Part shown: piece by piece, positions 27,888 to 38,052 of the stretch
How positions within the stretch are numbered: position 1 is the first letter of the stretch
Layout: every line of letters starts with the position of its first letter
NCBI GenBank assembly: GCA_003598025.1
Contig: QZKH01000003.1
Coordinates: 42,048 to 106,047, forward strand
DNA: 64,000 bases
Direction: 5' to 3'
Source: Candidatus Omnitrophota bacterium
Lineage (GTDB): Bacteria; Omnitrophota; Gorgyraeia; Gygaellales; Profunditerraquicolaceae
Notes under the pieces: model-generated
Told to the model about the DNA's origin: nothing
The model's input: the letters and a program-made list of their open reading frames with translations, nothing else
Databases searched by the model: none
Translations under genes and position numbers: made by a program

Positions 27888-29525
27888 ATGGCAAAACAAT
27901 TGTTGTTCAAGGATGAGGGCCGCAGAAAGATACTCAGCGGTGTTGAGCAGCTAGCCGCAGCGGTAAAGGTTACCCTCGGGCCTAAGGGCCGTAATGTGGT
28001 AATCGATAAGAAGTTCGGTTCACCTACAATAACTAAAGACGGTGTAACCGTTGCTAAAGAAATAGAACTCGAAGATCCGTATGAAAATATGGGTGCTCAA
28101 ATGGTCAAGGAAGTTGCCGAAAAAACTTCTGATGTTGCAGGCGATGGCACTACTACTGCAACTGTCCTGACCGAGGCCATTTTTAGAGAAGGCTTAAAGA
28201 ATGTTACGGCCGGAGCTAATCCCATGGCTTTAAAAAGGGGCATTGAAAAAACGGTAGTAAAAATAGTAGAAGAATTAAGAAAACTTTCAACTCCTGTAAA
28301 AGACAAGAAAGAAATAGCCCAGGTTGCCTACATCGCCGCAAACTGTGACAAGACTATAGGCGACCAGATCGCCGAAGCGATGGATAAAGTCGGCAAAGAC
28401 GGTGTAATTACAGTTGAAGAGGCAAAATCAACGGCAACTACGCTTGAAGTAGTTGAAGGTATGCAGTTTGACCAGGGATATCTTTCTCCCTATTTTGTCA
28501 CAGATACAGAAAGAATGGAGTGCCTTTTAGAAGACCCATATATACTGATTCATGAAAAGAAAATAGCTTCTCTAAAAGACCTATTGCCTTTGTTGGAGAA
28601 GATAGCACGCAGCGGTAAACCTCTGTTAATAGTTGCTGAAGAGGTTGAAGGCGAGGCTTTAGCTACCTTAGTCGTCAACAAGATCAGAGGTACTTTTACG
28701 GCTTGTGCTGTTAAAGCTCCAGGCTATGGTGATAGAAGAAAAGCGATGCTTGAAGATATCGCTATATTGACCAATGGTAAGGCTATTACCGAAGACCTTG
28801 GTATCAAACTTGAGAATGTTGATATAAACGACCTCGGGCGCGCCAAGAGGGTAAAGATAGACAAAGAGAATACTACCATTGTTGAAGGCGCTGGTAAGAC
28901 AACAGGAATAAACGCAAGGATTAACCAGATACGTAAGCAGATCGAAGATACTGATTCTGATTACGATAAGGAAAAACTGCAGGAGCGCCTTGCTAAATTG
29001 GCAGGTGGCGTTGCAGTCATCAATGTCGGTGCTGCCACAGAAACAGAAATGAAAGAGAAAAAAGCCAGGGTTGAGGATGCGCTTCATGCAACTCGCGCAG
29101 CAGTTGAGGAAGGTATTATCCCCGGCGGCGGCGTTGCGCTTATCAGGACAATCCCGGCTTTAGAAAAATTGAAGCTTGAAAACGATGAGAAGATAGGTGC
29201 CGATATAGTAAGGCGCGCGCTTGAAGAGCCTTTAAGACAGCTTTCTCATAATGCAGGCCTTGAAGGTTCTGTTGTAGTGCAGGAAGTGAAAAAGAGAAAG
29301 ACAAATGAAGGCTTGGATGTGTCAGAAGGCAATTATGTAGACATGATTGAAGCAGGGATAATTGATCCTACAAAGGTTACCCGTTCTGCTTTAGAGAATG
29401 CCGCAAGCATTGCCGCTTTGATGCTGACAACCGAGGCTTTAATAGTAGATAAGCCTGAAAAGGAAGATAAGATGCCTCCTATGCCACCTGGTGGTATGGG
29501 TGGAGGTATGGGTGGTATGTATTGA
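27888..29525 (+). CDS. groEL: Chaperonin GroEL
   Basis: [28 protein letters not shown] tail. Confidence 0.99.
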   Translation: MAKQLLFKDEGRRKILSGVEQLAAAVKVTLGPKGRNVVIDKKFGSPTITKDGVTVAKEIELEDPYENMGAQMVKEVAEKTSDVAGDGTTTATVLTEAIFREGLKNVTAGANPMALKRGIEKTVVKIVEELRKLSTPVKDKKEIAQVAYIAANCDKTIGDQIAEAMDKVGKDGVITVEEAKSTATTLEVVEGMQFDQGYLSPYFVTDTERMECLLEDPYILIHEKKIASLKDLLPLLEKIARSGKPLLIVAEEVEGEALATLVVNKIRGTFTACAVKAPGYGDRRKAMLEDIAILTNGKAITEDLGIKLENVDINDLGRAKRVKIDKENTTIVEGAGKTTGINARINQIRKQIEDTDSDYDKEKLQERLAKLAGGVAVINVGAATETEMKEKKARVEDALHATRAAVEEGIIPGGGVALIRTIPALEKLKLENDEKIGADIVRRALEEPLRQLSHNAGLEGSVVVQEVKKRKTNEGLDVSEGNYVDMIEAGIIDPTKVTRSALENAASIAALMLTTEALIVDKPEKEDKMPPMPPGGMGGGMGGMY

Positions 29526-29547
29526 TAAGCCAGAATATGGCTTGAAT

Positions 29548-29581
29548 AAAAAGGGGCAAGGAGAAATCCTTGCCCCTTTTT
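29548..29581. terminator. Intrinsic terminator after groEL (bidirectional form)
   Basis: aaaaaggggcaagga-gaaa-tccttgccccttttt. Confidence 0.9.
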
Positions 29582-29600
29582 ATTAGAGAAATTAATAAGC

Positions 29601-29660
29601 GGGGGCACTTCTCTGGTTAGCAGGAGAAACGGTCTATGGAGAGCAGGAGAAACGGTCCTA
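29601..29660 (+). repeat. Degenerate copy of the right half of the pre-groES element, with internal tandem duplication
   Basis: gggggcacttctctggttagcaggagaaacggtc vs gggggcacttctatggtcagtcagagaaacggac; agcaggagaaacggtc occurs twice. Confidence 0.65.
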
Positions 29661-29670
29661 AAATAATATG

Positions 29671-29699
29671 TTGACAAAACTTGAATAATATTATAAAAT
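29671..29699 (+). promoter_or_regulatory. Sigma70 promoter of guaB-guaA
   Basis: TTGACA - 17 bp - TAAAAT. Confidence 0.75.
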
Positions 29700-29785
29700 T
29701 TTACATTCCAGCCTAAAAAAAATAGCGCAAAGGAAGGTCTTTAACTCATTGTTAATAAATAATTTATATAAAGCGAGGTAATGAT

Positions 29786-30946
29786 ATGGCAGAATGGATA
29801 GGTATAGGCAGGCGGGCAAGAAGATGTTATGGTTTTGATGAGGTAGCACTCGTACCAGGTGACAGGACTATAAACCCTACTGATGTGGATACTACTTTTG
29901 AGATCGGAGGGAAAAAATTCAAAATACCTATACTTGCAGCAGCCATGGATGGGGTAGTTGATGCTAAGTTTGCCGTAGAAATGTCTAAACTAGGCGGTAT
30001 TGCAGTATTAAATTTGGATGGTGTTCAGAGCAGGTATGATAATGCCGATGAAGTCTTAAAAAAGATAGCCGCTGCTTCTTCGGAAGAAGCAACACAGTTA
30101 ATACAGTCTATTTATAATACGCCGATTAAAGAAAAGCTGATCTCTAGGATTATCAAGCAGATAAAGAATAAAAATGGCACTGCTGCCGTAAGCTGCATAC
30201 CCGCCCATGCAGAGAAATTCGGTAAAATTGCGGTCTCATCCGGAGCTGACCTTTTATTCATACAGTCTACCGTAACCAGCACGAAACATTTGTCTAAAGA
30301 ATATAAAAGCCTTAATCTGGCTAAGTTCTGTAAAACATTTAAGATACCAGTAATAATCGGTAATTGCGTGACTTACGAAATGACTTTGGCCCTTATGGAA
30401 ACCGGCGCATCTGGCTTGTTGATAGGAGTTGGCCCGGGTGCGGCATGTACTACAAGGGGAGTATTGGGTATAGGCGTACCTCAGGTTACAGCTACTGTTG
30501 ATGCAGCTGCTGCAAGAGATTTTTACTTGAAGAGTACAGGCAGGTATGTCCCGATTATAACCGATGGAGGCATGAATAGAGGCGGGGATGTTTGTAAAGC
30601 CTTTGCTGCCGGAGCTGATGCCGTTATGATCGGCTCGAGCTTTGCCAGGGCGATTGAAGCACCCGGCAGGGGATATCATTGGGGAATGGCGACTTCAAAT
30701 GTCAATCTTCCCAGAGGCACGCGTATTTATGTAGGCACAACCGGTAAATTAAAAGAAATTTTATTTGGCCCGGCAAAAGTTGATGATGGTTCACAGAATT
30801 TAATCGGGGCATTAAAGACCTCCATGGGGTCTTTGGGCGCGTCAAATATTAAAGAGATGCATAATGTTGAAATTATAATAGCGCCTTCGATACAGACGGA
30901 AGGCAAGATATTTCAAGCCAGCCAAAGAGTGGGGATGGGCAAATGA
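29786..30946 (+). CDS. guaB: IMP dehydrogenase family protein (GuaB3-type, no CBS domains)
   Basis: [30 protein letters not shown] catalytic loop, HWGMAT; adjacent to guaA. Confidence 0.88.
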   Translation: MAEWIGIGRRARRCYGFDEVALVPGDRTINPTDVDTTFEIGGKKFKIPILAAAMDGVVDAKFAVEMSKLGGIAVLNLDGVQSRYDNADEVLKKIAAASSEEATQLIQSIYNTPIKEKLISRIIKQIKNKNGTAAVSCIPAHAEKFGKIAVSSGADLLFIQSTVTSTKHLSKEYKSLNLAKFCKTFKIPVIIGNCVTYEMTLALMETGASGLLIGVGPGAACTTRGVLGIGVPQVTATVDAAAARDFYLKSTGRYVPIITDGGMNRGGDVCKAFAAGADAVMIGSSFARAIEAPGRGYHWGMATSNVNLPRGTRIYVGTTGKLKEILFGPAKVDDGSQNLIGALKTSMGSLGASNIKEMHNVEIIIAPSIQTEGKIFQASQRVGMGK

Positions 30947-32484
30947 CAAGACAGACGATACTTATACTTGATTTTGGGTCGCAGTATACACAGTTGATTG
31001 CAAGGCGGGTAAGGGAGAATAAGGTTTATTCCAAAATAGTCCCGTACAATATTTCAGCTAAAGAGATAATAAGCATGGCTCCCAGAGGGATAATTTTATC
31101 CGGAGGCCCGGCCTCTGTCACCAGTAAAAAGAGCCCGTATCCTGATAAAAAAATATTCAAGCTGAAGATCCCTATTCTGGGTATTTGTTACGGTATGCAG
31201 GTTATAACCGAAATGAACGCAGGCAAGGTTAAGCAATGCCGGCATCGTGAATTTGGCAGGGCCGAGCTTTTTATTGATGATAACCGTGACCTCTTCAGCC
31301 AGATGCCAGGCAATATTACATGTTGGGCAAGCCACGGAGACCTTGTTAAAAAATTACCTTCCGGGTTTCATGCGATTGCGCATACTCTAAATGCCCCGAT
31401 AGCTGCAATCTCAAATAAAAAAACAAAGATCTATGGCGTCCAGTTCCATCCGGAGGTTACTCATACCGAAAAGGGAAGCCAGATTATAAGCAATTTCTTA
31501 TTCAGGGTCTGCGGATGTTCCGGGCGCTGGACTATGCAGTCGTTTATAAAAGAAAGCATAGAAAATATTAAAAAAACAGTGGGCAAGGATAAAGTTGTTT
31601 TAGGCCTAAGCGGGGGCGTTGATTCATCCGTGGCAGCATTATTGATACATAGGGCTATAGGTAAAAATTTAAGGTGTATTTTTATTGATAACGGTGTATT
31701 AAGAAAAGATGAGCCGCAGCAGATTAAAAGCGTATTTAAGGAGATGTTCCATTTGAACCTTGATTACGTTGACAGGAGCAAGCGTTTCTTAGAGCGGCTT
31801 AAAGGGATAACTGACCCTGAAGAAAAAAGAAAGATAATCGGCAATGAATTTGTTAAAGTTTTTGAAGAGGAGGCTCTGAAAGTAAAAGGAGTAAAATATT
31901 TAGCGCAGGGAACACTTTACCCTGATGTTATTGAATCAGTTTCAGCTTTTGGCGGCCCTTCAAGCAGGATAAAAACACATCATAATGTCGGCGGCTTGCC
32001 TGCACATATGAAGCTTAAATTACTGGAGCCTTTGCGTGAATTATTCAAGGACGAGGTCCGCCAGATCGGCAGGAACATGAATTTACCCGATGTCATAATT
32101 AACCGTCAGCCTTTTCCCGGGCCCGGGCTTGCAATTAGGATAATTGGAGAGGTTACTATTGAAAGGCTTAATTTGCTCAGGGAAGTTGACCGCAGGGTGC
32201 TGGATGAAGTAAGGAAAGCTGGGCTCTATGAACAAATCTGGCAGTCTTTTGCGGTTTTATTGCCTATTAAAAGCGTGGGGGTAATGGGTGACGAGCGTAC
32301 TTATGAGAACGTTGTGGCTCTTCGTTGTGTAACCAGCTCAGATGGAATGACCGCAGATTGGGCCAAGTTGCCGTACGAATTACTCGGCAAAATATCCAAT
32401 CGTATAATAAATGAAGTAAAAGGTGTTAACCGCGTAGTCTACGATATAAGCTCAAAGCCTCCTGCGACGATAGAGTGGGAGTAA
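30943..32484 (+). CDS. guaA: GMP synthase (glutamine-hydrolysing)
   Basis: [44 protein letters not shown]. Confidence 0.98.
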   Translation: MTRQTILILDFGSQYTQLIARRVRENKVYSKIVPYNISAKEIISMAPRGIILSGGPASVTSKKSPYPDKKIFKLKIPILGICYGMQVITEMNAGKVKQCRHREFGRAELFIDDNRDLFSQMPGNITCWASHGDLVKKLPSGFHAIAHTLNAPIAAISNKKTKIYGVQFHPEVTHTEKGSQIISNFLFRVCGCSGRWTMQSFIKESIENIKKTVGKDKVVLGLSGGVDSSVAALLIHRAIGKNLRCIFIDNGVLRKDEPQQIKSVFKEMFHLNLDYVDRSKRFLERLKGITDPEEKRKIIGNEFVKVFEEEALKVKGVKYLAQGTLYPDVIESVSAFGGPSSRIKTHHNVGGLPAHMKLKLLEPLRELFKDEVRQIGRNMNLPDVIINRQPFPGPGLAIRIIGEVTIERLNLLREVDRRVLDEVRKAGLYEQIWQSFAVLLPIKSVGVMGDERTYENVVALRCVTSSDGMTADWAKLPYELLGKISNRIINEVKGVNRVVYDISSKPPATIEWE

Positions 32485-32495
32485 GATTAGCTCAA

Positions 32496-32619
32496 GATTC
32501 ATAGTTGATTATTCATAGCTGAAGTCACAAAGACACCAGTCACAAAGACACAAAATTATTGATTTTTATTTTAGTTTTGTACGTTTATTTGTGACCTTGT
32601 GACATTGTGGCGTGTGTCC
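32496..32619. repeat. Degenerate Family A arm followed by a Family B inverted element
   Basis: agtcacaaagacaccagtcacaaagacacaaa (32523-32553) ... tttgtgaccttgtgacattgtggcgtgtgtcc (32588-32619). Confidence 0.85.
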
Positions 32620-32651
32620 CATATAAACGTATTTTAGCTACTATTAAATAT

Positions 32652-35600
32652 ATGCCACGAAGCGAATTTATCCACCTACATCTGCATACCCAATACAGCC
32701 TTCTTGACGGCGCATGCCGTATATCAGATCTACTGGGTTTGGCTAAGCAGTATAAAATGGATTCCCTTACAATAACCGACCACGGAAATATGTTCGGTGC
32801 AGTTGATTTCTACATGGAGGCCCAGAGGGCCGGCATCAAGCCGATAATCGGATGCGAAACTTATGTTGCCCCCGGCAGCCGCAAAGACAAGGGTTCCAGT
32901 GGTATCGATGAGGCTTCTTATCATTTAATCATGCTTGCCAAAGATGAAATCGGCTATCATAATCTTATGAAGCTGGTTTCAGTCGGTTACCTGGAAGGCT
33001 TTTATTACCGCCCCAGAATCGATAAAGAAATTTTATCACAACACTCCAAAGGCCTGATTTGTTTAACCGCTTGCCTTAAAGGCGAAATCCCCCAGTTGAT
33101 CCAGCAAAGGCGCTTTAATGATGCGCTTAAAGCCGCAGATGAATATTCTCATATTTTAGGCAAAGATAATTTCTACCTTGAATTACAGGCCAATTCTATA
33201 CCTGAGCAAAAGACCGTAAACGAGGGGCTGATTAAAATAGCAAAAGAGCTTAACCTTCCTTTAGTTGCGACAAATGACGTGCATTACCTTACGAAAAATC
33301 ACGCCAGGAGCCATGAGGCATTGCTTTGTATTCAGACGCAATCCACCCTTGATGACCCTAACAGGATGAAGTTCCAGACAAACGAATTCTATTTCAGGTC
33401 CCCCCAGGAGATGATAGAGGTATTTAAGGATGTTCCGGAGGCGATCCAAAATACGCTGGAGATAGCTTCGCGTTGCAACCTTGAACTTGACTTTTCTAAG
33501 ATACATCTGCCCAGGTATGAAACCCCCGGTAATGAGGATAAAGAAGAATTCTTGCGTAATCTTTGCGCTGATGGGTTAAAGAGAAGGTTCAACCGGCTAA
33601 CCCCGGAAATCAATGAGCGCCTTGAGCATGAACTCAAAATAATAAAAGATGCAGGATTTATAAGTTATTTTCTTATAGTATGGGATTTCATTAACTATGC
33701 CAAAAAGAACAATATTCCCACTGGCCCTGGAAGGGGCAGCGCAGCAGGCAGCCTTATAAGCTATCTTCTCGGGATCACTGATATCAATCCGTTAAAATAC
33801 GGGCTGCTATTTGAGAGGTTTCTTAATCCTGAGCGCAAAGGTCTACCCGATATTGATATTGATTTCTGCTATGAGAGAAGGCAGGAAGTCATAGAGTACG
33901 TGACTAAGAAGTATGGCCAGGAAAATGTCGCCCAGATCATAACATTTGGGACGATGCAGGCAAGGGCTGTGGTAAGGGATGTGGGAAGGGTAATGGGGAT
34001 CAGTTATGCCGACGTAGACCGTATTGCAAAAATGATACCTCCGGACCCGGGGATCAGTTTAAAGCAGGCATTAGATTCGGAAGCAGAACTTAAGAATATG
34101 TATGACAACGACCCGCAGATAAAAGAATTGATGACTATAGCCCTGCAGCTTGAGGGCCTGAACCGCCATGCATCTGTCCATGCCGCCGGTGTTGTTATTG
34201 CCGATAAGCCTTTAGATAATTATATGCCTCTTTTTAAAACCCAGGAAGACCAGATAACCAGCGGTTATAGCATGAGTATTCTGGAAAAAGTTGGCCTGCT
34301 TAAGGTAGATTTCTTAGGGCTTCGTACCCTTACCGTAATTCAGCATACAGTTGATTTGATTAAGAGAGTAAAACATATAGATGTCCACATTGATGACATA
34401 CCATTAGATGACAAAAAGACATTTCATTTATTATCCAGTGCCCAGACTGAAGGAGTCTTCCAGGTTGAAAGCTCGGGCATGAGGGATTTGCTTAGAAAGC
34501 TGCAACCTGAAAGGTTTGAAGATTTAATCGCCCTGCTGGCATTATACAGGCCTGGCCCGATAGGCTCTGGTATGCTCGATGATTTCATTCAGCGTAAACA
34601 TAACAGGGTGGAAATAAAATATCCCCACAAGAAGTTAGAGCCTATATTAAAAGAAACATACGGGATTATGGTTTATCAGGAACAGATAATGCAGACCGCT
34701 TCTGTATTGGCCGGTTTTACTCTCACCCAGGCAGATTTATTACGCAGGGCAATGAGTAAGAAAATCCCCGAAATTATGGAACAGCAGCGTAAAATATTCA
34801 TATCCGGATGCCTAAATAACGGAATAAGCGAGAGTATCGCAAGCAAGATATTTGACCTTATCGAATATTTCTCAGGTTATGGTTTTAATAAATCGCATAG
34901 CGCAGCATATGCTATGATCTCATACCGGACAGCCTATCTAAAAGCAAATTATCCCGTTGAATTTATGACTGCGCTATTGACATCTGAGCGTGACAATACG
35001 GATAAAATCGTAGAATATATTAATGAGTGCGCAAGGATGAACCTTAAGGTCCTTCCTCCGGATATTAATGAGAGCGATGCCCTATTTAGCGTAGTAGATG
35101 ATAAAACGATACGCTTCGGGCTTTTAGCAGTTAAGAATGTCGGCCTGGGCGCGATAGAATCCATAATCAATGCCAGGGCTGATTCACGCTTTAAGAGCCT
35201 GCATGACCTTTGCCAGAGAATTGATCTAAGGCTGTCTAACAGGAAGGTTTTAGAAAGCCTCATAAAATGCGGTGCCATGGATGAATTTGAAACTCCGAGG
35301 GCGCAGATGGTCGCGAATTTAGATAGATTGATTGAGTTTTCTTCAAAGATGCAAAAAGAGAAACTTACCGGGCAGCTTTCTTTCTTTGATGTAAAACTGA
35401 CCAAGGACATTTTTGATAACAACATGATAAACCTTCCGCAGGTGCATGAATGGCCTGAGCCGCAGTTATTGTCTTTTGAAAAAGAGATGCTTGGTTTTTA
35501 TGTAAGCGGCCATCCTTTAGCCCGTTATGCCGGCCAACTCAAGCATTTTGTTTCTTCGTCTACGTCCACATTAGCTACCCATGAGGATGGCCAGGACGTT

Positions 35601-36086
35601 AAGATAGTCGGCCTTATCGCAAAGGTAAAGCAGACTCTTACCCGCGCAAAACAGGAGAAGATGGCAATAGTAAAACTCGAGGACTTAGAAGGGGTTGTGG
35701 AATTGCTGATATTCCCTCAGGCATACCAGAAAATATCCCGTTTTATCCTGCCTAATACCGTCGTTTTGGTGAAAGGAAGGCTTAATCTTAAAGAGGATAT
35801 GCCAAAGATAGTTGTTAATGATATGCTGTCTTTTGAGCAAATATATAAATCAATTACAGCGGTAAATATTAACCTTACCGGCATGAAAGACACTCTTTTT
35901 GAAAGCTTGAAGGAGCTATTAACAAACTCAAGAGGCAATATTCCGATATATCTTCATATTGATACTCCGTCAAAATCAAAAGTCAAATTGGTCGTTGGCG
36001 AGGGCTTTTTTGTAGAGCCTAAGGAAGAGCTGATCAGGGGCATTGAAGATCTTATTGGCCAGGACCGCCTGACACTTACCATATAA
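32652..36086 (+). CDS. dnaE: DNA polymerase III alpha subunit
   Basis: HLHLHTQYSLLDG PHP, GRGSAAGS, PDIDIDF, YGFNKSH, OB fold; start moved to ATG 32652. Confidence 0.98.
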   Translation: MPRSEFIHLHLHTQYSLLDGACRISDLLGLAKQYKMDSLTITDHGNMFGAVDFYMEAQRAGIKPIIGCETYVAPGSRKDKGSSGIDEASYHLIMLAKDEIGYHNLMKLVSVGYLEGFYYRPRIDKEILSQHSKGLICLTACLKGEIPQLIQQRRFNDALKAADEYSHILGKDNFYLELQANSIPEQKTVNEGLIKIAKELNLPLVATNDVHYLTKNHARSHEALLCIQTQSTLDDPNRMKFQTNEFYFRSPQEMIEVFKDVPEAIQNTLEIASRCNLELDFSKIHLPRYETPGNEDKEEFLRNLCADGLKRRFNRLTPEINERLEHELKIIKDAGFISYFLIVWDFINYAKKNNIPTGPGRGSAAGSLISYLLGITDINPLKYGLLFERFLNPERKGLPDIDIDFCYERRQEVIEYVTKKYGQENVAQIITFGTMQARAVVRDVGRVMGISYADVDRIAKMIPPDPGISLKQALDSEAELKNMYDNDPQIKELMTIALQLEGLNRHASVHAAGVVIADKPLDNYMPLFKTQEDQITSGYSMSILEKVGLLKVDFLGLRTLTVIQHTVDLIKRVKHIDVHIDDIPLDDKKTFHLLSSAQTEGVFQVESSGMRDLLRKLQPERFEDLIALLALYRPGPIGSGMLDDFIQRKHNRVEIKYPHKKLEPILKETYGIMVYQEQIMQTASVLAGFTLTQADLLRRAMSKKIPEIMEQQRKIFISGCLNNGISESIASKIFDLIEYFSGYGFNKSHSAAYAMISYRTAYLKANYPVEFMTALLTSERDNTDKIVEYINECARMNLKVLPPDINESDALFSVVDDKTIRFGLLAVKNVGLGAIESIINARADSRFKSLHDLCQRIDLRLSNRKVLESLIKCGAMDEFETPRAQMVANLDRLIEFSSKMQKEKLTGQLSFFDVKLTKDIFDNNMINLPQVHEWPEPQLLSFEKEMLGFYVSGHPLARYAGQLKHFVSSSTSTLATHEDGQDVKIVGLIAKVKQTLTRAKQEKMAIVKLEDLEGVVELLIFPQAYQKISRFILPNTVVLVKGRLNLKEDMPKIVVNDMLSFEQIYKSITAVNINLTGMKDTLFESLKELLTNSRGNIPIYLHIDTPSKSKVKLVVGEGFFVEPKEELIRGIEDLIGQDRLTLTI

Positions 36087-36101
36087 ACATTAATGGCATA
36101 A

Positions 36102-36393
36102 GTAGATTAGTTCATGGTTCATAGTTCACGGTTCACAGAATAGCGTTTACCAGTTGAATAGTTGGTTCGTTGAACCGAAGAAGCCTGGATTAACGAATAA
36201 ACTATTAAACGAATCAACGATTTAACTATGCTTTTCTTGTGATTTTGCGACCTTAGGCCTTCGACACTGCTCAGGCCGAGGGAGTCCTGAGCGTTTTATG
36301 GTGAGTGAAGTCGAACCAAGCCGAAGGATGTCTTTGTGACTAGATACTCTTCATGTCTATGAACTATGCTCTATGAACTGTGAACCAGCCTAC
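36102..36393. repeat. Nested composite of four repeat families
   Basis: Family A arms 36102-36138 and 36357-36393 enclose 8-mer arms (36145-36176, 36189-36229) and a Family B arm split by CCTGAGC/GTCGAAGG hairpins (36256-36328). Confidence 0.85.
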
Positions 36394-36421
36394 TTTACCT
36401 ACTAACTAATCCATTTTTTTG

Positions 36422-36450
36422 TTGACATCGTAACTTTCTGTTGGTATTAT
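36422..36450 (+). promoter_or_regulatory. Sigma70 promoter upstream of HU/IHF gene
   Basis: TTGACA - 17 bp - TATTAT. Confidence 0.7.
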
Positions 36451-36508
36451 ACTTATAAACATAACGGGCTAATTTAAAGGCTGCGTTCTTGTTTAAAAGG
36501 GGGAACAG

Positions 36509-36781
36509 ATGACAAAAAAAGATATTATTTTAAGAATATCCGATGAGACCAACATCAAACAGATTGCGGTAAAAAAGGTCGTCCAAAAGACCTTTGACTA
36601 TATTATTGAAGCTCTGATAAGAGGAGAAAAGATAGAGCTGCGTAACTTCGGTGTTTTTAAGATAAAACAAAGAAAAAGCCGTACCGGAAGGAACCCTCGT
36701 ACAGGCCAGGTAGTCCCCGTCCCTCCAAGAAAAGTGGTCATTTTTAAACCAGGCCTTGAAATGAAAAAGAAGGTTATTTAA
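36509..36781 (+). CDS. HU/IHF family DNA-binding protein
   Basis: MTKKDI, IELRNFGVF, GRNPRTG, FKPG. Confidence 0.93.
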   Translation: MTKKDIILRISDETNIKQIAVKKVVQKTFDYIIEALIRGEKIELRNFGVFKIKQRKSRTGRNPRTGQVVPVPPRKVVIFKPGLEMKKKVI

Positions 36782-36802
36782 ATTTTCCCCCTCTCCTAAG
36801 AT

Positions 36803-38050
36803 ATGCTAAAAAGAGTCCCCGGAACAAAAGATATATTACCTCAGGAAGCAGGTTTGTGGCTTCACATAGAAGAACAAAGCAGAAATATATTCAATTTGTA
36901 TAATTATCATGAGATCCGCCTGCCTTTATTAGAAGACGCAGCCCTTTTTAACAGGACCTTAGGTGCCTCTGCTGATATTGTGCAGAAGCAGATGTTTGTG
37001 ATTAAAAAGGAAGATGCCTCTTACGCTATGCGTCCTGAAGGCACAGCCTCCGTAGTAAGGGCCTATATCGAGAATAACCTTGATAAAACAAACGGGTTTA
37101 TTAAGTTATTTTATATCGGCCCGATGTTCAGGTATGAAAGGCCGCAGCGCGGAAGGTTAAGGCAATTCCATCATATAGGCTGTGAGACAATAGGCTCTTA
37201 TGACCCCTTTCTTGATGCCGAAGTCATCTCCCTCGGAGATAAATTGTTAAAATCTGCCGGTGTAACCGGTTATAAGATACATATAAACAGTTTAGGATGT
37301 GCCAATGACCGTAAGAAATTAGCTGATTATTTACGCAAAGAAATCAAGGGTAAGCTTGATAAATTATGCGCAGACTGCAGGAAAAGATTTGATGTAAATA
37401 TATTAAGGATACTGGATTGCAAGAATGAAGAATGTAAAAGCGTCCTGAAGGGTCTGTCTTTAGGCGGCAGTCATATTTGCCCTGATTGCGATACACATTT
37501 TAAGAAACTGAAAGGTTCCCTTAGCGTCCTTGGTATTAAATTTGAAGTAAACCCTTTCTTGGTGCGCGGGCTTGATTATTATACACGTACAGTTTTTGAA
37601 TTCAGGCACGATGCTTTAGGCGCGCAGGATGCCTTGGGCGCAGGCGGAAGATATGACGACCTTGTAAAGAACTTAGGCGGGCCGGACGTTGGTTCTGTTG
37701 GATTAGCCTTGGGCGTGGAAAGGATGATACTGGCCCTTGGCCGGCAAGAGGAGCAGATTACTAATAAACTTGTTTATATCATCGCTTTAGGGGAAAAGGC
37801 GCGAGATAAAGCGGTTGAAATACTGGGTTTTTTACGTGCTAATAATATTGCCTGCGATACAGATTACGAAAACAAGACTTTAAAGGCGGCTATGCGCGTT
37901 GCCAATAATCTTAATGCAAAATTTGCCTTGATAATCGGCGAAGACGAGCTAAAAGCAGGAGTTTTAACCTTGAAAGATATGGCTAATAGCCAGCAGATAA
38001 GTATAAAAGAAAGCCAGTTATTGAACGAGTTTAAAGCCAGGATGAATTGA
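36803..38050 (+). CDS. hisS: Histidine--tRNA ligase
   Basis: RPEGTA, FRYERPQRGRLRQFH, LVRGLDYY, GGRYD, GVER. Confidence 0.97.
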   Translation: MLKRVPGTKDILPQEAGLWLHIEEQSRNIFNLYNYHEIRLPLLEDAALFNRTLGASADIVQKQMFVIKKEDASYAMRPEGTASVVRAYIENNLDKTNGFIKLFYIGPMFRYERPQRGRLRQFHHIGCETIGSYDPFLDAEVISLGDKLLKSAGVTGYKIHINSLGCANDRKKLADYLRKEIKGKLDKLCADCRKRFDVNILRILDCKNEECKSVLKGLSLGGSHICPDCDTHFKKLKGSLSVLGIKFEVNPFLVRGLDYYTRTVFEFRHDALGAQDALGAGGRYDDLVKNLGGPDVGSVGLALGVERMILALGRQEEQITNKLVYIIALGEKARDKAVEILGFLRANNIACDTDYENKTLKAAMRVANNLNAKFALIIGEDELKAGVLTLKDMANSQQISIKESQLLNEFKARMN

Positions 38051-38052
38051 GT

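Noticed and set aside
29478-29522. ggtggtatg repeats at the groEL end
   Set aside because: Normal GGM C-terminal tail of GroEL.
29700-29785. Purine riboswitch ahead of guaB
   Set aside because: No P1-P3 three-way junction or conserved aptamer core is visible; the leader is short and AT-rich.
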